Below, in pieces: positions 12,462-23,032 of a DNA stretch of 64,000 nt. The translations under genes were made by a program, and so were the position numbers. A model generated the notes under the pieces. The model saw only the letters and a program-made list of their open reading frames with translations, was not told where the DNA came from and ran no database searches. Position 1 is the first letter of the stretch; each line of letters begins with the position of its first letter. Source of the DNA: Malacoraja senta (lineage: Eukaryota); the NCBI GenBank assembly GCA_038087875.1, contig CM075988.1:25174001-25238000 (forward strand), given 5' to 3'.

Positions 12462-12790
12462 AGCCCTGTCCCACGGTACGAGTTCATTCCAAGAGCTCTC
12501 CCAAGTTTGCCCTGATTCGAACTCGGAGATTTACGGTAATGGCCGCTCGTAGGTACTCGGGGCTCTCGTGGACATTTTTCAACATGTTGAAAAATCTTCA
12601 CGAGTCTTCCCGTGCTTACCTGCCGTTAGCGAGTCTTCCCGAGTACCTGCCGTTAGCGTTACGAGCCGCTAAGAGATGTCCCCGAGCTCCGACGTACCCG
12701 CTACGTTCATTCTACGTGCTTACCACGAGTTTGATTTTTTTTAAAACTCGGGAGAGCTCTTGGAATGAACTCGTACTGTGGGACAGGGCA
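12462..12790. mobile_element. MITE family A
   Basis: Same TIRs and interior as 7612-7929. Confidence 0.9.
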
Positions 12791-13057
12791 TTTAATAAAT
12801 ACATATTTACTAACAGTAAATAATAGCCACAAGTAAAGTGTTTTAAGATGCTCTGAGTTCATATTATACAAATGCAAATTCTTCCTTTCAGAATTATCTT
12901 TACTGCTGAAATAAATTCCTTTCCCTCTTTGAACTATCTCAACTAATAGCATTATTAAATATAATATTGTAGTGCCCCTCCCTCTGTGAAAAGAAATTTC
13001 ACTCCTTTTCTCCCCATCAACTCTTCATTTTCTAAGACAAACATATTGATTAATGAG

Positions 13058-13378
13058 ATTTAGTTTACTGTAGTTTAGAGATACAGTGTGGAAACAGGCC
13101 CTTCAGCCCACCGAGTCCACACCGACCAGCAATCCCCGCACATTAACACAAACCCTCACACACTAGGGACTTCACACTTATACCAAGTACACAAACCCAA
13201 GCCAATTAACCTACAAACCTGTACGTCTTTGGAGTGTGGAAGGAAACCAAAATTCTCGGTGAAAACCCACGCAGGTCACGGGGAAAACGTACAAACTCCG
13301 TACAGACAGCACCCGTAGCCGGGATCGAACCCGGGTCTCTGGCGCTGCAAGGCAGCAACTCTACCGCTGCGCCACCTT
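13058..13378 (-). mobile_element. V-SINE (HE1-like), near full length
   Basis: tttagagatacag tail through ctaccgctgcgccacc head. Confidence 0.85.
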
Positions 13379-14327
13379 GCCACCCTAGCATGTTATAGCC
13401 AAGTCCTCTCATTCCATGCTTCATCTAGTGAAATGCCAGGAATGCAGTCTGAAAATTATAAGCCACAGTGCAGGTGAAAGGGGCTCAGGTGTAAAGGCCA
13501 TGTGCATTCTTTAAAGAAGCAGAATTATATGGGGCTCTTCGCTTACAAATGAGGACTCTGGACTTCAAACAGGGAAGATGAAGAGAGGCAGGATTAGAAA
13601 ACTGCAAAGGGTTATTGAAACAAGATTGAAAGCCATGTCCAAATATACAAGGGCAGGCCATTGAGCTTGACACACCTGATCAAAGAGCTAACTTTGCAGT
13701 CTGTCTGATTCTCATATTCTTACTGCCCTGGGTGACATTTCAAATTCCACATGTACGCCAAAAACATCATGTCCAGTACAATATCTTCTGTGATATCTGT
13801 GATCCACCAATTCTCATCTCTTGTCTCACATCACGTTAACATTGGCACAGTGTTCCTACACCAAAACGTTGCTTATACATCTCCCTCCTTCAAATAATTC
13901 CATAAAACAAAATTCTTTGGCCAATCCTCTGCTCACTAGTCCAGGTGGCTTGGGGAACAATTTTATTTGATAAGTGTAGGCAGGGACTGCTAGCGCTGAT
14001 TTACACCAAATGATTATAGCTGGTCCTTGACTTCAATACCATCTTCTCAATTGATAAACACAACAATCTTAGATACATTCCAAAGACGTACAGGTTTGTA
14101 GGTTAATTGGCTTGGTAAATGTAAAAATTGTCCCAGATTGTCCATGGACAGAACTCATCAACAAATTGACCATCCACAAATTCAATGGATTATCAACCAA
14201 CATTTTTGTTTTAATGTGGAGTATATATTTATCGTCTGTCCTTTCCTTATAATTCATTACGATATTATCTGTATCTCTTGATAATTGGCTATTATTCATT
14301 CATCACTTTCACAATATTAGTTGAGTT

Positions 14328-14595
14328 TTTGAGAGACAGCGTGGAAACAGGCCCTTCGGCCCACCGAATCCACGCTGACCAGCGATCACAGATACTGTAC
14401 ATTAGTTCTTCCTATACCACAAATAACTCTGAGAAGCCAATCAACTAACAAACCTGTACGTCTTGCAATGTGGGAGGAAATCGGAGCACCTGGAGAAAAC
14501 CCACGTGGTCCCAGGGAGAAGGTACAAGCTCTGTACAGTGCTCGTAGTCAGGATTGAAACCGGGTCTCTGGCACTGTGAGGTTGCAGCCACTGTA
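14328..14595 (-). mobile_element. V-SINE (HE1-like), diverged
   Basis: Same motifs, more substitutions. Confidence 0.75.
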
Positions 14596-14749
14596 CACGG
14601 CCTGACAGTTTTGATAACTTCTAATTGCTCTCCATTTTTCCTGGCATTCCTGGTACTTCTTGTAGCTTAATATCCCTTCCGTTGTTGAAAATGGTGACTA
14701 ATAATACAATTGACACTAATATGAGAACATTTATGAAGAACTTGTGGGA

Positions 14750-15149
14750 TTAGAAACATAGAAACAGAAACATAGAAAGTAGGTGCAGGAGGAGGCCATT
14801 TGGCCCTTCGAGCCAACATCGCCATTCATTGTGATCATGGCTGATCGTCCCCTATCAATAACCCGTGCCTGCCTTCTCCCCATATCCCTTGACTCCACTA
14901 ACCCTAGAGCTCTATCTAACTCTCTCTTAAATCCATCCAGTGATTTGGCCTCCACTGCCCTCTGTGGCAGGGAATTCCATAAGTTCACAACTCTCTGGGT
15001 GAAAACGTTTTTTCTCACCTCGGTCTTAAATGACCTCCCCTTTATTCTAAGACTGTGGCCCCTGGTTCTGGACTCGCCCAACATTGGGAAAAAATTTCCC
15101 GCATCTAGCTTGTCCAGTCCTTTTATAATTTTATATGTTTCTATAAGAT
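14750..15149 (-). mobile_element. CR1 LINE 3' fragment
   Basis: LIETYKIIKGLDKLD...[11 protein letters not shown]; agaaacat tail repeats. Confidence 0.9.
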
Positions 15150-17215
15150 TGCAAAGAGAAGATCCAAGAAACATTTCTCCAGCCTTATAAATCTCAGAAT
15201 CGTCCACCCACCAATTCATCCATTCCCCACTTCCTTTACAACGCCATCAGATGCCACCACACTGAGCATTTGCAGAACTGGAGATGTGTTAGGTTTAGTG
15301 ACCAACTGGGATGACGTCAGTAAACAGAGTTTGTAATCTGAAGGACAGATTAACTTCCTCAGCAAAGGTGGCAATTTGGGTTTAAACCCGATGTGTGAAT
15401 AACTTGGATGAAGGACGTCTCTTAGCGACATCTAGATTTTCTAAAGTGTTCCACGCCTCCCTCTTCTCATTTAAGAACCTTGTCCAACACGACCACATTA
15501 ACCCTTTCCTCGACGTTGCTGCTAATCTCTGTCTCTTTGCACTCCAGCAAAGTCACTTCAGCGCACTGTGTAAATGCACGCCCCTCTGGTTACTGCTTAG
15601 AGGAGAAGGTCCTTGGGGAAGATGAGCCTGAGATGATAGAGAGGAGGTTGAATGTTGAACTGGAGGAGGTCATAGTAAATGTTCTGCTCAGTTTATTGTC
15701 ACGTGTACCGAGGTACAGTGAAAAGCTTTTTGTTGAGTGCTATCCAGTCAGCAGAAAGACAATACGATTACAATCGAGCCATTTACAGTGTATACATACA
15801 TGATAAGGGAATAACGTTTAGTGCAAGGTAAAGCCAACAAAGTCCGATCACGGATAGTCCGAGGGTATTATAGTTAAAGAAATATTACTGTAGGATTAGA
15901 GATTTAAGAGTGCGGGGCATTTGTAATATGTGATTGTAGATCTGCTTCTGTAGCTCGCATGCAAATAGTCACCTGGATTGGGCAGCATTTTAGTGTACAG
16001 AGACCTTGCAGGATTCTTTAGGAGGAAAAGGTTCTCCCTTTATGACTGCAACACATAACCTCACCCTTCAATATAGAAAACACATGGAAAGTTGCAGATG
16101 CATCGAGTGTATCTTTTTTCTCAGTTTGTATATTTCACACAAAGGGGTGGTGGGTGCATGGAACGAGCTGCCGAAGGAGGTGGTTGAGGCTGGGATCTTT
16201 GCAACGTTTTTAGAAGCAATTGGACAGGTACATGGATAGGGACAGGACAGGTTTAGAGGGATGTGGGCCAAACACAGGCAGGGGGACTAGTGTAGATGGA
16301 CGGCGCATGTTGGTCGGTGTCGGCAAGTTGGGCCGAAGGTCCTGTGTCCACACTGTATGATTCTATAGAAAGAACATTTGTTTCTCAATCCTTAATACTT
16401 GCCTACTGACTGACAAGGAACAATGGAATGATGTCCAAAAGATTCCTCCCTTGGCAGAGCAGATAGAGAAACAAATTAAAAAATGATGACATTAGTGTCT
16501 GGGGTGGACAGCACCTCACATCTTCCTGGAAGAAAATTGGCACTGCCGGTTTTATCTTTACAAGTATATCTATCACCATGAGGTTTCTTTGTTCCGATTT
16601 CAAGAGGATATCAAAGAACTGCCTTCAGGCTGTATAAAACCACTTCCCTACTTGTTATTAATATTGCTTAATGGCCAACATCCACCTTAACCAGGACATC
16701 CTAAACTACCGCCTTCCCTTATTTTAGGTCAATGCATGTTTTAAACATTGAAAGGTGGCGGTTCTGGAATGACTGATTGCTTCGAGTTACTTGAAATGAG
16801 ATTGCGATTTTAAAAATATGATGCAGAATTAGGAAATGGGAAAGAAGGTGGATTTGAGATAGGTGGGAATAGCAGAAGCCCATTAAAAATTAACTTTCGA
16901 AGTCTACCTCCGTCATTTTAAATGGTGTCGAGTTGGGATGAGTTGATAAATTTTAATTAAGCATCAAGTTTGGATGGAATGTAGCAGAAGCAGTGCACAT
17001 ACTGCCACCTGTTGGATGTTTATAGTAACATCTTTGAAATTAATTTATCTTTGGTTCTTCCCGCACTTCACCTACCGGGTAATTTGAGACTTAATATGGG
17101 CATCAGCTACATGGGTACAAAACTGGCAAAGGAATCAAAATTGGAGTAATGATGGTCCGTTAGAGTAGTGCAGTTGATGGGTGTAAACCAGCATCTGCAG
17201 TTCCTTCCTACACAG

Positions 17216-17636
17216 TATAAGTAAGTAAGTAAGTTTATTGGCCAAGTATTCACATACAAGGAATTTGCCTTGGTGCTCCGCCCACAAGTAACAACATGAC
17301 ATACAGTGACAGTTACGAATGACTCAGAAAACACTAAACATTAATAATAATAAAACATTAATGCTAAAACACCATTGATCAAGCATGTGAACCAACAAAA
17401 TACCAGATCAAAGGGAGGCTACAGATTTTTGGCTGTTGAGTAGAGCAACTACTCGTGGATAAAAACTGTTTTTATGTCTGGATGTGGCAGCTTTGACAAT
17501 CCGGAGTCGCCTTCCAGAGGGAAGTGATTCAAAGAGTTTGTGGCCAGGGTGAGAGGAGTCAGAGATGATCTTGCCAGCTCGCTTCCTGGCCCTTGCAGTG
17601 TACAGTTCATCAATGGAGGGAAGGTTGCAGCCAATA
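17216..17636 (-). mobile_element. Rex1/Babar-like LINE 3' fragment
   Basis: (taag)n tail plus tttattggcc; degenerate LP.G.RLR..K..T.RH.NSF-type coding remnant. Confidence 0.6.
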
Positions 17637-17868
17637 AAATATTGTACATGAATCTTTGAAGGCAGCAGACATATTTATCAAGCACTTAATAAGACAAATG
17701 GAATCCATGGCTCTCTAGAGGCAAGAGTGCAAACACTGGGAAGTTTAACAACAAAGTTAAGAATCGTGTATAATTCCGGGCAATAATGTGTTGATTGAGA
17801 GTAAAGAAAGACTGTTTCTGGTGATTGGAGGATCAATAACCAGTGAACACGCACATAAGGTCCAAGAT

Positions 17869-18068
17869 TAATGTTTAAGAAGGAACTGCAGATGCTGGAA
17901 AAATCGAAAGTAGACAAGAAATGCTGGAGAAATTCAGCGGGTGAGACAGCATCTATGGAGAAAAGGTGTAGGTGACGTTTCGGGTCTGAAGAAGGGTCTC
18001 GACCCGAAACGTCACCTTTTCTCCATAGATGCTGCCTCACCCGCTGAGTTTCTCCAGCATTTTTTGTC
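17869..18068. mobile_element. Palindromic Penelope-like terminal element
   Basis: Inverted arms around the hammerhead motif; perfect 12-bp TSD aaggtccaagat at 17857-17868 and 18069-18080. Confidence 0.85.
17986..18013 (+). ncRNA. Minimal type I hammerhead ribozyme motif (PLE-associated), core intact
   Basis: CTGAAGA-A-GGGT(CTCG)ACCC-GAAAC-GTC; flanks gggt/acct could form helix I. Confidence 0.7.
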
Positions 18069-18484
18069 AAGGTCCAAGATGAAAGTTTTTTTTCCTCAGA
18101 TGGTAAATGGCTGAAATGGGAATTTGGTAGTAAATATAGATTCCACAATATTGTCTAAAATGTCATTGGACAACTACATGGAGAAAAGGAGAAGAGCCTG
18201 GGGCAGGAGCACTTTGCTGCACAGACACCTGGGTTGAATGGTCTCCTGTGTATCTGTTCCGGGCCAGTATTATGTACAATTCACATATTTGGCTTTGCTC
18301 CAAAAAAACGTCAATGTTTTCCATTCAGGACATCTGTCCCGTCCACTGTTTGTGCTCAACGATGATACACTACCGTGACAATGGCAATAAACTGAACGAA
18401 CCTAAAAATAAACTAATGCAGGCTGAGAACAAAGAAAATGGCTGCCTACCCCTTTGTTACACTTATAGAAGGAAGAAGAGAAAG

Positions 18485-18770
18485 TCTTGCATTTATGAAA
18501 CAATTTTCAAGATGTCGGGATGTCCCAAGCCACATGTCCAAGACAATGCAGCAACAAACCACTGCTGCATTTGTTCAAAACACAGCAGTCAATGAACATG
18601 AGAAAAAAACTGCCACCAATAGCATTGGCTGGATAACATGTTCCAGTGACACTAATGGACGAATCTAGGCCAGTGCACAGGGGGCAAGTTCTCAGGTCTA
18701 TGAATTATCATGGGATCTTTTACATTCAATTTGAGCATCACCTCAATATCTCGTCTTAAAGACCAGAGCA
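18485..18770 (-). mobile_element. Old DeuSINE-like (SacSINE1/AmnSINE1-type) remnant
   Basis: catgggatcttttacattca...tctcgtcttaaagac resembles the Deu-domain; cttgcatttat...ggatgtcccaa resembles its tail; recognised from memory only. Confidence 0.45.
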
Positions 18771-18854
18771 ATTTAAATTACAAATACAATCATCACAATT
18801 ACTGACATTGATGGCACGTCTACAAATGGCTGCCCTCGTCTGGCTCACAAGGAA

Positions 18855-19247
18855 CGATAGACAAGGAGCGCTGCCTCGGCAAGGCCAGCAGCATAATCAA
18901 GGACCAGCCTTACCCCAGTCACTGCCTCTTTTCCTCTCTCCCATCGGGCAAGAGTGAAAACGCACACCTCCAGATTCAGGGACAGTTTCTTCCCAGTTGT
19001 TATCAGGCAACTGAACCATCCTACCACCAACCAGAGAGTGGTCCTGACCTCCCATCTATCTCATTGGAGACCCTCGGGCTATCGATGATCGGAGTTTATC
19101 TTGCATTATTCACGATGTTCCCTTTATCATGTATCTATATACTGTGAATGGCTCAATTGTAATCATGTATTGACTTTCCACTGACTAGATAGCGCGCAAC
19201 AAATGCTTTTCACTGTACACGTGATAATAAACTAACCTAAACTAAAC
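18855..19247 (+). mobile_element. Rex1/Babar-like LINE 3' fragment (short 3' tails of this family also near 5370, 8225, 9380, 15690, 24575, 46290)
   Basis: ggcaaggccagcagcataatcaagg...gacagtttcttcccagttgttatcagg; tail gataataaactaa. Confidence 0.65.
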
Positions 19248-19411
19248 TGCACCAGTTATAATTTTATTGCATTATGTCAAATAAATGAGCAGACTAGAGG
19301 ATACAGCATGGAGGCAGCATGACACCTCCTCGCTGGGGATATATATGGTGCACTGCAGGTCTCCTGCTACTCATGGTTTCCCACATCACACATTGATTAC
19401 ATTACAGCGCT

Positions 19412-19677
19412 TATAGCTCCAGAGACTTGGGTTCGATCCCAACTACGGGTGCTGTCTGTACGGAGTTTGTACGTTCTCCCCGTGACCCGAGTGGGTTCTC
19501 TCTGAGATCTTCGGTTTCCTCCCACACTCCAAAGACGTACAGGTTTGTAGGTTAATTGGCTTGGTGTAAATGTAAAATTGTCCCTAGTGTGTGTAGGATA
19601 GTGTTAATGTGCGGGGATCGCTGGTCGGTGCGGACTCGGTGGGCCGAAGGGCCTGTTTCCGCGCTGTATCTCTAAAT
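19412..19677 (+). mobile_element. V-SINE (HE1-like)
   Basis: Box B gggttcgatccc, V-domain, ctgtatctctaaa tail. Confidence 0.85.
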
Positions 19678-20030
19678 TGAACAAGACATATGTGAGAGCC
19701 CGAGCTTTTTGATTTTAATTACATGTGAGGATTGCAGCTCCCTCACTCAGCTGCCCCATAATCATTGGTTCCCTGTGACTCTGGCAACTGATCCAGTGTG
19801 GAGGGTGGGTGGGACAACCTATTGTAGGTTCTGCTCTGTGACCACCTGTAAGATGGGCGTAGTCCTTTGCTTCAGGAGGCATCTGTGATCACACTTAGTC
19901 TGCCTGTCTCCTCCAAGGACTGGCATGCTCTGGTGAGGGAACATGCAGCATCTCATGAGAAGGAAGGACATCGTACCTGTAGACACCATCAGCAATATTG
20001 GAGTTGGTTGCTGACTTTGGTGAATTCCAT

Positions 20031-20351
20031 TGGCGACCACCTACGTCAACCGGCGACAGGTACCGGCAACTGAATTGTCTTCAGTTGTCGCCGACAGGGT
20101 CGTTGCTTGTCGTAGCTTGCCGCGGGTGGACGTAGGTTGACTTTGGTTGTTGCCTGTGTGGTGTGGTCGTAGGTGGACGTCCTAATGGGTCGCAGGTAGA
20201 TTGCCCTAGCTTGACGTCGACCAGGTGGTAGGTGGTCGTAGACATTGTCGTGTAGGGGGGAGGGGAGGGGAGGGGAGGGGTCAAGTTGCCGATTTTTCGG
20301 CGAGCTGCTACGACTGTCACCGAAAAAATCACCTAAGTGGGACAGGCCCTT
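20031..20351. mobile_element. One-ended DNA transposon fragment related to family B
   Basis: Right end taagtgggacaggccctt is the exact reverse complement of the family B terminus; CpG-rich interior with gtcgtag repeats. Confidence 0.7.
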
Positions 20352-20468
20352 GAGTCTCAAGAGGAAACACAATCTGCAAAAACATCCTCTGCCTATTTCC
20401 CTCCCCAGATGCTGCCTGGCCTGCTGAGTTACTCTCACAGTTTGTGCTTTTGCCAACATAAAGTGAGA

Positions 20469-20496
20469 CTGAAGAAAGGTCTCAACCCGAAACGTC
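20469..20496 (+). ncRNA. Minimal hammerhead motif with weakened helix II
   Basis: CTGAAGA-A-AGGTCTCAACCC-GAAAC-GTC. Confidence 0.5.
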
Positions 20497-22212
20497 ACCC
20501 ACTCCTTCCCTCCACAGATGCTGCCTGTCCCGCTGAGTTACTCCAGCATTTTATATCTATCTTCGGTATAAACCAACAACTGCAGTTCCTTCCTACATGT
20601 TATGTGATAGACTGGCTACAGAGGTGTCAAAATGATTTGTCAATGAACATTTAAGAGTATTTTTATGCATCATTTGGATCAATGGCTTCTACTATCACAC
20701 AAAAGCATCTGGGTTGGACTCGTCAAAGTTCAAACATCAGACATTCTGGAAGTGGTAAATAATGGGATCATTGACCTATGGAACAAAACCTTTAACAACC
20801 TGGCAGTGAGGGATCACGGAGGGCGGGGGAGGGGGGGGGGGGGAGAGTGGTCAGGATGCTCGAGGAGAGCGAGACAAAGGGCAGTCTGGTCCCAATTAAT
20901 CCCAGACAAAAGAAGCACTCATAATCATCCAGGTTCTCGATTACCCTCCATTATTTCATTAGATCACGGCTGGGTTTTAATTCGTGCTACCTGCCTGTTT
21001 CTACAGTCTTTTATACTCACAGAGCATCTCTCAGTCTCGGTTTTGTGACATATTTTCATTAGCTTGTGACAAGTTTTCACTTACATTGCTTCAGATAGTC
21101 TCAGCCTTATCTAAACGTTGCAATTTCTAAGCAATCTTCTCCAGAATGGATTTCCTCCGTGACATCTACCCTAAGCGTCAGAAGCACCTTAGTAAAGAAT
21201 GTAAACTCAATCAAATCATATCCTCATAACTTAACTCTTAATCCCAGCAATATTTCCATGTCCTAAAATCAAGTTACAGAGAAGAAATTGCCAACAATCT
21301 TTTAAATTGGCATGACAAAAAATTGTTTAAACTACTCAAAATGGGACAAATTGTCCCTAGTGTGCAGGATAGAACTAGTGTACAGTGGACTTAAGAGCCT
21401 GCTTCAACACTGTATCTCTATACTAAAGGTAAGCTATACAGATCCTTACAAAGAGAAACAATATTTCGGCTCAAAACTATGCTTACCAATCGCAATAAAA
21501 AAACGCAAAAACGCAGAATTGGCAAGTGGAATATTAATCAAACAGTTTGTCTTCTGTGGTGACGAGTTTCTTAAATGTTGCCACATCTGTGTAATGTCAG
21601 ACGTCATAGCAGCAAACCATAATCTGTTTCAAAATGGTTCAATATAAATAGATATTATCTTGATCTTCGAAATGGGGCGTTAGTGGGGAGAGAGCAAGGA
21701 ATGTCCATCAAAGGCTGCAAGTCACTAGGAGAAATATTGTGTTTCCAACTTTGTGGATTTACTTGGCAGACGAGGGTGAATCAGGATATTATTCCGCAGT
21801 GTTACAAAACAACTGGGCCGCTGAGTTTACTCATTTCACTGACCTACGCTCTCGTTCCAGCAAAACACATTAAAACATTTACAACAAATCCACCCACATA
21901 AAATGTTCATTATATTTCATAACAAGGTATTTACATTCTGAAGTGAAAAAGAAACAAAGACAAGGAAATGTGGTACCAAGGAACCACAGATGGTGGTTTA
22001 CAAACAGACACTAAGTGCCAGAGTAACTCAGCGGGCCAGGCAGCATTTGTGAAGAAGGTGACATCTCGTGTCGGGATCCTTCTTCAGACATAATCAGATA
22101 AGGGAACGTTATGTCTTGCATGATAAAAAAAATATTTTTTATCAGTTAGATTGGGGTAGTTGTGCTCGAGTTGCTCTCTACAACTTCATTAAGAAGATAT
22201 CCATCAACATCA

Positions 22213-23032
22213 TAAGTTCTAGAAGCAGAATTAGGCCATTTAGTCCTTCAAGTCTACTCCGCCATTCAATTATGGCTGATCTATCTTTCCCTCTTAACCC
22301 CATTCTCCTACCTTCTCCCCATAGAAACATAGAAATGTAGAAACATAGGCCAGCACCGCCATTCAATATGATCAAGGCTGATCTACTAAATCAGTACCCC
22401 GTTCCTGCTTTTTCCCCATATCACTTGAGCTAAATCTAACTCTCCCTTGAAAACATCAAGTGAATTGGCTTCCACTGCCTTCTGCGGTGAAAACTTTTTT
22501 TCCTCATCTCATTGCTAAATGGCCTATCCCTTATTCTTAAACTGCGACCCCTGGTTCTGGACTCCCCCAACATGGGGAACATTTTCCCTGCACCTATCCT
22601 GCCCAATCCCTTCAGAATTTTACATGTTTCTATAAGAAACCCTCTCATCCTTCTAAATTCCAGTGAATACAAGCCCAGTCGACCCATTGTTTCATCACAT
22701 ATCAGTCCCGCCATCCCGGGAATTAACCTGGTGAACCTACGATGCACTCCCTCAATAGCAATAATGTCCTTCCTCAAATTAGGAGACCAAAATTGCACAC
22801 AATACTCCAGGTGTGGTCTCACTAGTGCCCTGTGCAACTGCAGTAGGACCTCCTTGCTCCTAAACTCAAATCCTCTCGCAATGAAGGCCAACATGCCAGT
22901 AACTTCCTTCACTGCCTGGTGTACCTGCATGTTTACTTTCAGTGACTGATGTACAAGCACACCCAGGTCTCGTTGCACCTCCCCTTTTCCTAATCTGACA
23001 CCATTCAGATAATAATCTGCCTTCCTGTTCTT
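22213..23032 (-). mobile_element. CR1 LINE 3' fragments (two adjacent 3' ends)
   Basis: QRDLGVLVHQSLK...[15 protein letters not shown]; agaaacatagaaa tail at ~22323. Confidence 0.88.

Noticed and set aside
15180..15680. Overlapping short ORFs suggesting a hidden exon
   Set aside because: There is no recognisable protein or consistent splice signal; a minus-strand stretch (NVEERVNVVVLDKV) only weakly resembles decayed CR1 RT.
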